Assembly (NCBI GenBank): GCA_031372565.1
Contig: JANMLN010000151.1
Span: 13,128 to 77,127 of the forward strand
DNA: 64,000 nt
DNA from: Gemmatimonadota bacterium
GTDB lineage: Bacteria; Gemmatimonadota; Gemmatimonadetes; Gemmatimonadales; Gemmatimonadaceae
Direction of reading: 5' to 3'
Position numbers and translations under genes: made by a program
Part shown: in pieces, positions 1-10,917 of the stretch
Layout of the letters: every line of letters begins with the position of its first letter
Position numbering within the stretch: position 1 is the first letter of the stretch
Notes under the pieces: generated by a model
What the model was told of the DNA's origin: nothing
The model's input: only the letters and a program-made list of their open reading frames with translations
Database searches by the model: none

Positions 1-390
1 CTGGATCCACGGCGTGAACATCACGTCGTTGAGCCCCATGCTGTGATCAGAGTGCAGGTGAGTGAGGAAGAGCATGCCAAGCCGTGGCGCACGCAGCGCA
101 GGCAGCCCCTCACGCGCGGCGGCGGTGGCGCGTCGCACGATGCCGACGCCGGCGTCGAACAGGTAGGCGACCGAATCGACCACGATCGCCACGCCCGGGC
201 CCATGCGCTCCGGATCGGGAATCGGGGTGCCGGTCCCGAGCATGACGATCGTGGTGCGGCCGGCCGACGGGGATTGGGCGCGCGTCGACGTCGGCAGCGC
301 GACGTCGGCGATGAGTGCCGCGAGCAGGACCCCGCGCACGCTCAACGTGCGCACAGTCGGGACGCCACGGTCCAGCACCGGTTGACGCAT
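1..390 (-). CDS. MBL-fold metallo-hydrolase (RNase Z/arylsulfatase-like), exported; runs off the window edge (3' part missing)
   Basis: Manual translation from ATG at 390: MRQPVLDRG...AQSPSAGRTTIVMLGTGTPIPDPERMGPGVAIVVD...LFDAGVG...LFLTHLHSDH. LGTG and THLHSDH motifs. Not in the ORF track because the stop lies outside the window. Confidence 0.85.
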   Translation of the reverse strand, partial: MRQPVLDRGVPTVRTLSVRGVLLAALIADVALPTSTRAQSPSAGRTTIVMLGTGTPIPDPERMGPGVAIVVDSVAYLFDAGVGIVRRATAAAREGLPALRAPRLGMLFLTHLHSDHSMGLNDVMFTPWIQ

Positions 391-397
391 CTGACGA

Positions 398-955
398 TCA
401 ACTCCTGGGAAGACGAAGCGGATCAGTGGCTCGCGTGTGCCAACTGCGCGTTGCATCGCGCGCGACCGTCACGCGCCACGCACTACGACAATGCTCGCCG
501 CAGGCGCGCGCCACGATCAGCGTCGCCGCGTTCCGGTCCGCCTCGTCGCGCTTCACGGCGGTCAGCTCCACGAGTCCACTGCTGCCGGCGTACGTGTCGA
601 ACCAGCCAGCCCACGCATCGGCATGCGCGCGAAAGTGCGCGTCAAGCTCGGCGACGCCGAGTACGGTGACCGGGATGCCCATGCGCAGTGCGGTGACATC
701 CGGCGCGCTGAGCGCGAGCGAGTCTGACGCATCATCAACCCCTGGCAGCACGCCCAGCGTGAGAGCGTCCCGGCGCGCGCCCAGGTAGATCACGAGCTGA
801 CGCGCCCCTTCACGTTCGACAAAGAGCGTCGTGAGCGCCGCGCGCTGGATGGCGGCCACGTCCGCGGGAGCAAGCGCACCAGCATTTTCATCACATGCGG
901 CCGCGAGCAGGAAAGTCGCGCTCAGTGCGGCGCACCACGTCGAGTGCCGGCGCAG
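398..955 (-). CDS. hypothetical lipoprotein (likely CTG start at 955; ORF track starts at GTG 859)
   Basis: The frame is open upstream of 859 and reads (L)RRHSTWCAALSATFLLAAAC-DE, a basic N-terminus with hydrophobic core and lipobox. A G-rich SD-like stretch lies just before the CTG. Confidence 0.55.
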   Translation of the reverse strand: MRRHSTWCAALSATFLLAAACDENAGALAPADVAAIQRAALTTLFVEREGARQLVIYLGARRDALTLGVLPGVDDASDSLALSAPDVTALRMGIPVTVLGVAELDAHFRAHADAWAGWFDTYAGSSGLVELTAVKRDEADRNAATLIVARACGEHCRSAWRVTVARDATRSWHTRATDPLRLPRS

Positions 956-958
956 CGG

Positions 959-1138
959 TCAATCCCCCCGCGCCCCGCGCAGCTCCGCCTTCTCGCGGAA
1001 GGTGAACGAGCGTCCGCACTGCGTGCAGATGAAGTTGCCCGTGCGCTCGCCCAGATCGTACTCCTTGGCAAACGCCGGATGTTCGCAGGGCTTGTCACCC
1101 CACTCCTGTTGCAGAACGACGGCGCGCTTGCGTTGCAC
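959..1138 (-). CDS. small 59-aa putative zinc-binding protein (CxH...CxxC)
   Basis: GGAGG SD 7 nt before GTG. Translation MQRKRAVVLQQEWGDKPCEHPAFAKEYDLGERTGNFICTQCGRSFTFREKAELRGARGD*. Below the ORF-track size cutoff. Confidence 0.75.
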   Translation of the reverse strand: MQRKRAVVLQQEWGDKPCEHPAFAKEYDLGERTGNFICTQCGRSFTFREKAELRGARGD

Positions 1139-1260
1139 GACGGTACCTCCCGAATCGACAAGACACGAGCCTGTGGTACGAGAAGGATACTGTGCGGGCG
1201 GTACTGCCGTGTCCGGCAGGTGTGCCGCAGCGCGTTTGTCTTTCGCTCAGGACGCCAGCA

Positions 1261-2907
1261 TCATGGTGCGACAAGCATCTGGCGCACGTCGTCCGGCAAC
1301 ACCCCCGTCAGCTCCCAGCGCAGCAGCGATGCGGGCACCAGCCCCGCCGCGTTGATCTCGTCCAGCATGGTGCGCATCCGGAACTTGTCGCCGAGCTGCG
1401 CCTTCCGCTCGGCGAACAGCCGGTCCATCTGCGTCTTGCCGGTCACGTAGGCCGTGCCGTACCCGGGTTGCCGCAGATACAGGTGCTGCTCGTGGTACAC
1501 GAGGTTCCCCTTGAGACTCAGCCAACCGCGCGGCGTGTTCTCGCTGGCGTACTTCGACGCCTGCTCGATCGAGTACCCCTGTCCCTGCATCAACAGATCG
1601 CCGAGGGCGCGCGCGGCGCGTTCGGCCAACAGGATGTACACCAGTTCGCGCGAACGCGGGCTGCCATCGAACAGCCCGGTCTGCATCGCGACCTCTTCCC
1701 AACCCGTCGCGAACCCCTCGGTGCGCGTGACGAAGATGTTGTACAGCAACGCCCCACGCCGGATCGGATCGGCGTGCGGCGCGTTGACCATGAACCCCAG
1801 GTCGAACCAGTGGTAGCCGTGCGTGCGCATGACCACCGGGTCGCGGTAGTCCACTTCGGTGAAGAACTCACGCGGACCCGCCGAGTAGCGGCCGATGCGC
1901 GCGCGCAGCGCCGCATCCATCCACGGTGCCACGGTCATGATGTCCCGCCGCTTGAGCCACGCCATGTACGCGGTGACGCCCGCGCCGAAGCGCCGGGTGT
2001 GCTCCGCAGCGTTCGAGATGATCGGGAGCGGCGGCCGCGCCGCGTTGTGCGCTTCCTCGAACGCCATCGCCGACTGCGAGCGTGCCAACTCGCGCTCCAT
2101 GAGCTGCATCACGTCCCGGTAGGACATCGGCAGCAGCTGCACGTGCCGCAGATACCAGTCGTAGTTCGCAATGCCGATCCCCGAGGGCCCGGTCCGCTTG
2201 GCCGACTCCGCCTCCACCCACTGCGCGAACTCGGTCGTCGCCTGTTGTGCGCGGCGGACGTCTGCGGCGAGTGTGCCGGGGGCATTCGCAACACGTGGCG
2301 CGAGCGCGTCGAGCGCCTTGACCTGATCGCGGAGCGCCTTGGCCCCGTAGGTCCAGAGGTCGTGCCCGGTGCCGACCAGGTTGCGCCGCGCCTGCGCCAG
2401 CAACGCGGGCACGACGCGGATCCCCGAATCCATGCGTGCGGCTGCGGCGGCGGACAACGGCCAGCTGTTCTGCCACACTTCCACTGCGGCGTCGGCAAAG
2501 GGCCCCTCGCGCGCTGGCTGGTCACTCTGTTCGTCGAACACGGTCACGTAGAAGCTCGGATCATTGGCCCACGGCCGGAGCACGCGGTGATCGAAGTCGA
2601 GGCCGTTCATCTCGGCTCGCACGACATGCCAGTCCACCTGTTGACGCGCGCTCCAGCCCGTCGTGTCGATCGCGCGCAGCCGCTGCTGCATGGCAGGCAG
2701 CGCCCGCTGCTGCGTGGCCATCGCTCCCACGGTGTAGTCCGGCACGCCGTCGATGCGTGCCGGGCGCTGAAAGGCGCGCCATTCGGCAAAGAGCGTCGTG
2801 AGGGCGTCGAACGAGGCCGGGCGCTGGCCGTGGGCCAACGCGGGAGCGATGGTGCTGGCGGCCAGGATGAACAGAGCCGCGAACAGGGAACGGGGGGCAG
2901 GGCGCAT
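1261..2907 (-). CDS. DUF885 family exported protein (metallopeptidase-like)
   Basis: Signal peptide MRPAPRSLFAALFILAASTIAPALAHG. C-terminal TEGFATGWE, LRQPGYGTAYVTGK and G..P.SLLRWE patterns typical of DUF885. Confidence 0.7.
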   Translation of the reverse strand: MRPAPRSLFAALFILAASTIAPALAHGQRPASFDALTTLFAEWRAFQRPARIDGVPDYTVGAMATQQRALPAMQQRLRAIDTTGWSARQQVDWHVVRAEMNGLDFDHRVLRPWANDPSFYVTVFDEQSDQPAREGPFADAAVEVWQNSWPLSAAAAARMDSGIRVVPALLAQARRNLVGTGHDLWTYGAKALRDQVKALDALAPRVANAPGTLAADVRRAQQATTEFAQWVEAESAKRTGPSGIGIANYDWYLRHVQLLPMSYRDVMQLMERELARSQSAMAFEEAHNAARPPLPIISNAAEHTRRFGAGVTAYMAWLKRRDIMTVAPWMDAALRARIGRYSAGPREFFTEVDYRDPVVMRTHGYHWFDLGFMVNAPHADPIRRGALLYNIFVTRTEGFATGWEEVAMQTGLFDGSPRSRELVYILLAERAARALGDLLMQGQGYSIEQASKYASENTPRGWLSLKGNLVYHEQHLYLRQPGYGTAYVTGKTQMDRLFAERKAQLGDKFRMRTMLDEINAAGLVPASLLRWELTGVLPDDVRQMLVAP

Positions 2908-3033
2908 GCGACCGGGGCGGTGAAGGGATGCGCAAAGATGCCGCGCGTGAAGGTGAAGTCGCAATGAGGACCGCACTGGAAACAGCCGCGCGAGCGGCAC
3001 ATCTTGCAGGTCACTTCAGGGGAGCACCGCCCG

Positions 3034-3975
3034 ATGGACGGCAATATCCGCAGTCTGCATCATGTCACCGCCACCGTGGCGGGCGCGCAGCCCGACCTCG
3101 ATTTCTACGTGGGACTGCTCGGACAACGACTGGTCAAGAAGACGGTCAACTTCGACAATCCCGGCGTCTACCACTTCTACTACGGCGACGAGCGCGGCAC
3201 CCCGGGCACGATCATGACCACCTTTCCCTACGCGGGCAAGGGAGTGCGGCAAGGGGTGAAGGGAGCGGGGCAGATCACCGTCACGTCGTTCTCGGCGCCG
3301 CAGGCATCGTTGCCCTTCTGGCGCGAGCGGTTGCGCGCGTACGGTGTGCCCTTCGTCGACCAAGGCACTGCCTTCGGTGAGGATGCGATTGCGTTCGATG
3401 ATCCGTCCGGACTCGGCATCCGCCTGGTCGGTACCGATGCCGACGCGCGCGCTCCATGGACCGGCGCCGGCATCGACGCAGCGCATGCGATCCGCGGCAT
3501 TCACAGCGTGTCGCTGCTCGTGCGCGACCCCATGCGCACCTCGGCACTCCTCGCGGATCTGCTCGACGGCACCGTGGTGAACGAGACGGAGGGCGCGCTG
3601 CGTGTCGGGATCAGCGGTCAGGCGCCAGGGCAGTTGGTTGAACTCGTGCAGGCACGCGATGAAGCGCTCGGCGTCAACGGCCTCGGCACGGTACATCACG
3701 TGGCCTTTGCCGCCGCCGACGATGCCGCGCAGCTGCAGGTGCGCGCCGAGGTCGCTGCGCGTGGCATCCCCGTGACGCCCGTGCTCGATCGGCAGTACTT
3801 CCACTCGATCTACTTTCGCGAACCGAACGACGTGTTGTTCGAAGTCGCGACCAATCCGCCCGGCTTCACGGTTGACGAACCGCTTGATGCGCTCGGACTC
3901 GCCCTCAAGCTCCCGGCGCAGGAAGAGGTGCGCAGGGCGGCCATTGAACAGCTGCTTCCGCCGGTGACCTACTGA
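3034..3975 (+). CDS. ring-cleaving dioxygenase, VOC/glyoxalase family (MhqO/MhqA-like)
   Basis: LHHVT, LVKKTVNFDNPGVYHFYYGD, GTVHHVAF, DRQYFHSIYFREP..VLFEVAT; GGAG SD upstream. Confidence 0.92.
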   Translation: MDGNIRSLHHVTATVAGAQPDLDFYVGLLGQRLVKKTVNFDNPGVYHFYYGDERGTPGTIMTTFPYAGKGVRQGVKGAGQITVTSFSAPQASLPFWRERLRAYGVPFVDQGTAFGEDAIAFDDPSGLGIRLVGTDADARAPWTGAGIDAAHAIRGIHSVSLLVRDPMRTSALLADLLDGTVVNETEGALRVGISGQAPGQLVELVQARDEALGVNGLGTVHHVAFAAADDAAQLQVRAEVAARGIPVTPVLDRQYFHSIYFREPNDVLFEVATNPPGFTVDEPLDALGLALKLPAQEEVRRAAIEQLLPPVTY

Positions 3976-4586
3976 TGGTGACGCAGGGAGTTCCGCTGCA
4001 TGAAGCGAAGGTGGCCGTGATCATGGTGCACGGCCGCAACGCTGCGCCGGCCAACATTCTCACGATCGCGCCAGCCCTCAACACCTCACGCACCGCGTTT
4101 CTGGCACCGGCGGCAGCGGGTGGCGCGTGGTATCCGAAAGGGTTCATGGCGCCGACGGCCGAGAACGAGCCGGGCATCACCCATGGCATTGCATCGGTGC
4201 ATGCGTGCATCGACGAGGCCGTGGCGGCGGGTGTACCTGCGGATCGCATCGTGCTGCTCGGCTTCTCGCAGGGTGCCTGCCTCGCGGGCACCGCAGCCGT
4301 GCGGCGCCCCGCGCGATATGGCGGTGTCGTCATGTACTCGGGCGGCCTCATCGGACCGCCCGGCACCGCGTGGCCCACGACGGGGGACCTGGCCGGCACG
4401 CCGGTCTTCCTCGGCTGCAGCGACGTGGATTCGCACATTCCGGCGGGCCGCGTGCGCGAGAGCGCTGCGCACTTCGAGCGCATGGGCGCGGCCGTCACCA
4501 TGCGGTTGTACCCCGGCATGGGGCACCTGGTGAGCGAGGACGAGATCGAGTGGACGCGCGCGCTGCTGGTGTCATTGGATGGGTAG
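3975..4586 (+). CDS. phospholipase/carboxylesterase (MhqD-like alpha/beta hydrolase)
   Basis: MVHGRNA, GFSQG nucleophile elbow, GCSDVDSHIP, YPGMGH; TGATG overlap with the dioxygenase. Confidence 0.9.
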   Translation: MVTQGVPLHEAKVAVIMVHGRNAAPANILTIAPALNTSRTAFLAPAAAGGAWYPKGFMAPTAENEPGITHGIASVHACIDEAVAAGVPADRIVLLGFSQGACLAGTAAVRRPARYGGVVMYSGGLIGPPGTAWPTTGDLAGTPVFLGCSDVDSHIPAGRVRESAAHFERMGAAVTMRLYPGMGHLVSEDEIEWTRALLVSLDG

Positions 4587-4619
4587 CCACACCGTGCGGA
4601 CGCAGCGCCGTGCAGCCGC

Positions 4620-5609
<990 letters not shown>

Positions 5610-5679
5610 GGGACGGGGCGTCGTGAGGAGGGAGGCGGTGACGCGCCTCCATGACGGAACGTACCGACCCGCCGTCGTG

Positions 5680-6801
5680 TCAGTCTTGCGTAAGCTTCCG
5701 GGCGATCTCGCCGATGCGCTCCAGCGCCTTCCGCACCTTGTCCGCCGGATACCCAACGGTCACGCGCAGGTGGTGCTCGGCGCCCAGCAGGCTGCCCGGC
5801 GCGACCAGCACGCTGCCTTCGGCGCGGATCCGCTCGGCCAGCGTGAGCGAATTGAGCGCGAGATGGCTGCGCACGAATGCGATGGCCGTGGCCTGCGACG
5901 CCACGTGCGTGAAGCGCCCGCCTTGCTGCGCCAACCACTCGGCGAGCACCGCATGACCGTCACGCGTGAGGCGCTGCTGCCGGTCGAACAGCCAGCGGCG
6001 CTTCTCCGGCAGGAGCGCGATCTCCGCCATGGTCATGCTCGGCGCTGCTGCCGCGATGACGGCATACTCGTGTCGGCGCCAGAGCGCCTCGGTCACGTCG
6101 GGCGCGGCCACGATCCAGCCGAGCCGAAGTCCGGCCAAGCCGTATGCCTTCGAGAGCGAGTTGGTGCAGATGACGCGATCATAGCGTCCGAAGAACGACG
6201 GCGTTTCGGGCGCGTTGCCGTGTTCGGTACCGGCATACACCTCGTCGGCATGCAGCCAGGCTCCGACGCGCGCGCAGGCATTGACGATGCGCTGCATCTC
6301 CGCTTCCGTGAAGATCGAGCCGGTCGGATTGTTCGGGTTCACCACCGACACGAGCTTGGTGCGGGGCGTGACGAGCGTGTCGAGCAGGTCGAGGCGCGCA
6401 CGCCATCCGTTGTCGGGATCGAGTGGCAGCTCGCGTACGGTGCAGCCCGCGCCGTGCGCCAGCCCCCACACCTGTCGATAGCCCGGCGACATCACGACCA
6501 CTTCGTCGCCCGGCTCGAGGAGCGTCTGACAGATCATGCTGTTGGCCTGCGCAGCGCCGACGGTCACGAGCACATGCGCTGGCGTGGCACCCGGGTAGAG
6601 CGCGGCAATCCGCTCGCGGAGCAGCGTGGTCCCGTTCACTTCGGGATAGAAGAGTCCCGTGTCGAGGACCTGCTGCTGCTCATCGGGGGTGAGCCATTCG
6701 CGCGTGCTGAGGCACTGCACGCTCGAGTCCGCGAGGTTCATCTCGACCGTGCGCTCCCAGCGCGACTGGTACTCCTCGAGTTCGAACGGCTGAAACGGCA
6801 T
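5680..6801 (-). CDS. PLP-dependent aminotransferase class I/II
   Basis: [26 protein letters not shown] (PLP lysine). Confidence 0.92.
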   Translation of the reverse strand: MPFQPFELEEYQSRWERTVEMNLADSSVQCLSTREWLTPDEQQQVLDTGLFYPEVNGTTLLRERIAALYPGATPAHVLVTVGAAQANSMICQTLLEPGDEVVVMSPGYRQVWGLAHGAGCTVRELPLDPDNGWRARLDLLDTLVTPRTKLVSVVNPNNPTGSIFTEAEMQRIVNACARVGAWLHADEVYAGTEHGNAPETPSFFGRYDRVICTNSLSKAYGLAGLRLGWIVAAPDVTEALWRRHEYAVIAAAAPSMTMAEIALLPEKRRWLFDRQQRLTRDGHAVLAEWLAQQGGRFTHVASQATAIAFVRSHLALNSLTLAERIRAEGSVLVAPGSLLGAEHHLRVTVGYPADKVRKALERIGEIARKLTQD

Positions 6802-6940
6802 GGGACACACGGGTGAGTCGGAGCGCAGGGTCGGCCGGCGGCATCCGGTCGTCGCGCACCCGGAATATGACCCCGAGCGGTGGTTGCGCCACCGCGCGAC
6901 GCGCGGGAAGTTCTGGGACCTGTCCCTTCGAGGCACTCCC

Positions 6941-8560
6941 GTGTTCCATCTACCGATCGTCGCACTCCTGCTCGCCGTCCCGCCCATGCTCGACGGCTAC
7001 CAGCGGCAACCGCTGGACGTCCAGCACTACCGCTTCTCGCTGACGCTCGCGGACAGTACCGACCGGATCGTTGGACGCGCCGTCGTGCGCATGCGGCTGC
7101 TGGCCGCCGGGTTGAGCACGGTCTCGCTCGACCTCGCGAGCGTGACGCCAGAGCGGCAAGGGCGCGGCATGCGTGTGCAGGGAGTGTCGGTGGGCGGCAC
7201 CGCACGACCCTTCGTGCACACGGGCGACAAGCTCGCGATCACGTTGGCCGCTCCTTCGACAGCAGGCCAGGTGGTGGAACTCGAGGTGTCGTACGCGGGC
7301 ATCCCCGCCGATGGGTTGCTGATCAAGCCCACCCCGCACGGCGACCGTGCCTTCTTCTCGGACGATTGGCCCGACAAGGCGCATCAGTGGTTGCCGACCA
7401 TCGATCACATTGCCGACAAGGCAACGATGGAGATGGACGTCGTCGCGCCCGCGCACTACCAGGTCATCTCCAACGGTCGACGGATGGAGCAGACCGACCT
7501 GGCCGATGGCACGCGCCGCACGATCTGGCGCGAGTCGGTGCCCATCGCGCCCTGGCTCTACGTGCTCGGCGTGGCGCGCTTCGCGGTGCAGCACGTGACG
7601 GAGTATCGCGGTATTCCGATCGAGACGTGGGTCTTTGCGGCGGATCGCGACGCGGGCTTCCACGACTTTGCCGAGCCCACTCCCGATGCGCTTGCGTTCT
7701 ACTCCGAACGGATCGGGCCGTTCAGCTACGAGAAGCTGGCCAATGTGCAGTCGACCTCGGCGGCAGGCGGCATGGAGGCCGCGTCGGCCATCTTCTATGC
7801 GACCGGCAGCGTGAGCGGCACGCGCAACTTGCGTTGGCGCAACGTCGTCATCCACGAGATCGCGCACCAATGGTTCGGCAATGCGATCACGGAGAACGAC
7901 TGGAACGATGTGTGGCTGAGCGAGGGGTTCGCCACGTACTTCACGCTGCTCTTCATCGAGCATGCCTACGGACGCGACGAGTTCGCCGAGGGGCTGCGCA
8001 CCTCGCGGTTGCGGATTGCCGAGCTGGACGCGAAGCTGCCGAACTACCGCGTCGTGCACGAGAATCTGGTCAACATGGCCGACGTGACCACCCGCCTCAC
8101 CTACGAGAAGGGGGCCTGGGTGCTGCACATGCTGCGACAGGCCATGGGAGACGATCGTTTCTGGGCCGGGATCCGCGCCTACCATGCTCGCTATCGCGAC
8201 GCGACCGCGAGCACGGCAGACTTCCGTGCCGAGATGGAGGCGGTGGCCGGGCAGGACCTGCGGCCCTACTTCGACCAGTGGCTGTATCGCGGCGGGATCC
8301 CGAAGCTCGAGGGAAGCTGGAGCTGGAACGCGCGGACCAAGCGCGTGGAGATCGAGCTCCGTCAGGTGCAGCCCGGTGCGCCGTTCACGATGCCGCTCGA
8401 GATCGGGATCACGGAGCCTGGTGCAACGGCGCGCGTCGAGAAGCTCCAGCTCACGGGAGCCGTCGTGCGCGATTCGTTCCGCGCCGAGCAGGCGCCGACG
8501 GCGCTGGTGCTCGATCCGAACGTGCGTGCGCTGTTCAGTGGCGCGTTGGTGAAGCGCTGA
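6941..8560 (+). CDS. M1 family zinc aminopeptidase
   Basis: GGMEA exopeptidase motif, HEIAHQWFG...WLSEGFA (HEXXH+E), YEKGAWVLHML; hydrophobic N-terminus. GTG start chosen. Confidence 0.93.
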   Translation: MFHLPIVALLLAVPPMLDGYQRQPLDVQHYRFSLTLADSTDRIVGRAVVRMRLLAAGLSTVSLDLASVTPERQGRGMRVQGVSVGGTARPFVHTGDKLAITLAAPSTAGQVVELEVSYAGIPADGLLIKPTPHGDRAFFSDDWPDKAHQWLPTIDHIADKATMEMDVVAPAHYQVISNGRRMEQTDLADGTRRTIWRESVPIAPWLYVLGVARFAVQHVTEYRGIPIETWVFAADRDAGFHDFAEPTPDALAFYSERIGPFSYEKLANVQSTSAAGGMEAASAIFYATGSVSGTRNLRWRNVVIHEIAHQWFGNAITENDWNDVWLSEGFATYFTLLFIEHAYGRDEFAEGLRTSRLRIAELDAKLPNYRVVHENLVNMADVTTRLTYEKGAWVLHMLRQAMGDDRFWAGIRAYHARYRDATASTADFRAEMEAVAGQDLRPYFDQWLYRGGIPKLEGSWSWNARTKRVEIELRQVQPGAPFTMPLEIGITEPGATARVEKLQLTGAVVRDSFRAEQAPTALVLDPNVRALFSGALVKR

Positions 8561-8624
8561 GGAAGATCCGCGCGGTCAGCGTCACGGAGTACGCGCGATG
8601 CAGGCCTCGAGCGTGCTCGTCGGG

Positions 8625-9110
8625 TCAGTCACGAAGCTCGACTTCGCCCTCGATCTCCACCGGAATGTCCCATGGCAGCTCCGCCATGCCGACCGCGCTG
8701 CGACTGTGTGCGCCGACCTCGGGGCCGAACAGTTCGAGAATGAGCTCCGACGCACCGTTGATCACGCTCGGCTGCCGATTGAAGCCGGGCGCAGAGTTGA
8801 CCATGCCGAACAGCTTGCCCCACGCGGCGATCCGATCGAGATCGCCGAGGGCGCGTTGCAGGCTGCCGAGCATGGAGAGGGCGGTGAGGCGCGCCGCGAC
8901 ATAGCCCTGTTCCACCGTGAGATCTCGCCCAACCTTGCCGAGAGGCTCCGCGTCGGTGCCGTCGGGGTTCTGGGGGCCATGGCCGGCGATCAGCGCGCGG
9001 TGTCCGATGATGCGCACCGACCGGAAGGGCAGGATGACGCCCGGTGGTGGCGCCATCGGTGGCGGCAGGACGAGTCCGAGCGCGGCAAGCTTCGATTCGA
9101 TCTTCGACAT
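8625..9110 (-). CDS. RidA/YjgF/YER057c/UK114 family protein
   Basis: GKVG..LTVEQG, VINGASEL...LFG, HSRSAVGMAELP..IPVEIEG, with the conserved Arg. Confidence 0.92.
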   Translation of the reverse strand: MSKIESKLAALGLVLPPPMAPPPGVILPFRSVRIIGHRALIAGHGPQNPDGTDAEPLGKVGRDLTVEQGYVAARLTALSMLGSLQRALGDLDRIAAWGKLFGMVNSAPGFNRQPSVINGASELILELFGPEVGAHSRSAVGMAELPWDIPVEIEGEVELRD

Positions 9111-9331
9111 CGTGGGCGACGGGTGAGGGCGGATGGTGTCCCGGAAGGTAGACCGGCGATGACGGCGGGTCGCGGGATGGCGGCGCCCGGCGCGGCACCG
9201 CACATTCTGCCATCGGTTCGGGGCAGTGCGCAACGCTCCGCGGCCGCGCCGCGTACACGACGGCAATCGCTCGCCCGACGCGGGCAGGCAGACGCCAACA
9301 GACCGCAGACACTCGACGACACGAGGCCCAG

Positions 9332-10885
9332 ATGAAGACGCAGTATGCCGACGGAGCGAACGATCCCGAGCATGAGGTGAGCCGTCGAGAGTTCCTGGGC
9401 ACCGCCATGGCCGGATCGGCTGCACTCGCACTGGGCCCGACGGTCGCTCCGGTGGTCCTCGCGCCCGACGACAAGGATGCGGTGATGGCGGCGGTTGCGC
9501 CGCAGCACGCGCAGACGCTCAAGATGCTGCAGGACTGGATTGCACTGCCGTCGATCGCGGCCGAGAATCGCAACTATCCGCAGGGCCCCGAGTACATGGC
9601 GAAGCTTGCGCGCGAGGCCGGCTTCCAGAACGTCGAGCTGGTGCCGACCAAGGCGGGGCATGCGGGTGTGTTTGCCACGCTCGATGCCGGCGCGAAGACG
9701 ACGCTCGCGATCTACATGATGTACGACGTCAAGCAGTACGATCCCGCCGAGTGGAGTTCACCGCCGCTTGAAGGGCGACTCGTGGACAGGCCGGGAGTCG
9801 GCAAGATCATCGTCGGGCGAGGCGCCACGAATTCCAAGGGCCCGCAGATGGCCTGCCTGGCCGCCTTTCACGCCTTCAAGGCGGCCGGCAAGAAGCTGCC
9901 GATCAACATCGTGCTCGTGTGCGAGGGTCAGGAAGAGATCGGTTCGCCGAATTTCAGCGAAGTCGTGTTCAAGCCGGAGGTGAAGGCGGCGCTCGAGAAG
10001 TGCGTCGGCATCATCATTCCACTGGGCAATCAGGGGCTCGACGGCGCGGTCACGATCAACCTCGGCTCCAAGGGGGTCTGCGAGCTGGAGTTGGTGGCGA
10101 GCGGTGAGAAGTGGGGTCGCGGGCCGGTCAAGGACCTGCACTCGAGCTATGAAGCGCAGGTGGATAGCCCGGTGTGGCATCTCGTGCAGGCGCTCAACTC
10201 GCTCGTGAAGGCGGATGGCCACACGCCGGCGATCGAGGGGTTCTTCGACAAGGTGCGCCCGCTCTCGGCGGTGCAGAAGAAGATCCTCGCCGATGCGATT
10301 CCCAGGAAGAACGAAGCCGCGACCAAGCGTGGCATGGGCATCAGCAAGGTGTTTGGCGATGAACCGTGGGCTGCCTCGCTCGAGCGGCTGGTCACGCAGC
10401 CGACGATCAACATTCAGGGATTGGTGGGCGGTTACACGGGGCCGGGCGGCAAGACGATCCTCCCGCACAAGGCGGTCGCCAAGATCGACATGCGGCTCGT
10501 GCCTGACATGACCAAGGAGGGGACGCTCGCGCTGCTCAAGGCGCATCTGGTCAAGCACGGCTTCGGCGACATCGAAGTCAACGTGAGCGGTGGGTACGAT
10601 CCAACCCAGACCGATCCCGACGCGCGGCTGGTCAAGGCGCAGGTGGCGGCGTACCAGAAGGCTGGTATCGATCCGCTGCTCTGGCCGCGACTGGCCGGCT
10701 CCTGGCCGGGGGTCACCTTTACCGGTGCGCCACTCAAGCTCGCGGCTGGTCAGTATGGCTTGGGCCATGGCAACGGCGCGCACGCACCGGATGAGTATTG
10801 GCTCATCGAGTCGGCGAACCCCAAGGTGGCCGGGATGGATGGCGCGGTGAAGTCGTTCGTCGAGCTGTTCTATCAGATCGCGTAA
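9332..10885 (+). CDS. M20/M25/M40 family metallo-hydrolase with Tat signal
   Basis: SRREFLG twin-arginine signal, YDVK, W.SPP, GRGA..KG, EEIGS, AHAPDEY. Confidence 0.88.
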   Translation: MKTQYADGANDPEHEVSRREFLGTAMAGSAALALGPTVAPVVLAPDDKDAVMAAVAPQHAQTLKMLQDWIALPSIAAENRNYPQGPEYMAKLAREAGFQNVELVPTKAGHAGVFATLDAGAKTTLAIYMMYDVKQYDPAEWSSPPLEGRLVDRPGVGKIIVGRGATNSKGPQMACLAAFHAFKAAGKKLPINIVLVCEGQEEIGSPNFSEVVFKPEVKAALEKCVGIIIPLGNQGLDGAVTINLGSKGVCELELVASGEKWGRGPVKDLHSSYEAQVDSPVWHLVQALNSLVKADGHTPAIEGFFDKVRPLSAVQKKILADAIPRKNEAATKRGMGISKVFGDEPWAASLERLVTQPTINIQGLVGGYTGPGGKTILPHKAVAKIDMRLVPDMTKEGTLALLKAHLVKHGFGDIEVNVSGGYDPTQTDPDARLVKAQVAAYQKAGIDPLLWPRLAGSWPGVTFTGAPLKLAAGQYGLGHGNGAHAPDEYWLIESANPKVAGMDGAVKSFVELFYQIA

Positions 10886-10917
10886 GACAGTCTCTTCGCT
10901 CACCGGTCACGCCGCAC

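Noticed and set aside
959..961. In-frame TGA as selenocysteine
   Set aside because: A signal peptide begins right after it, so a fusion is implausible. I see no convincing SECIS and no redox-motif context.
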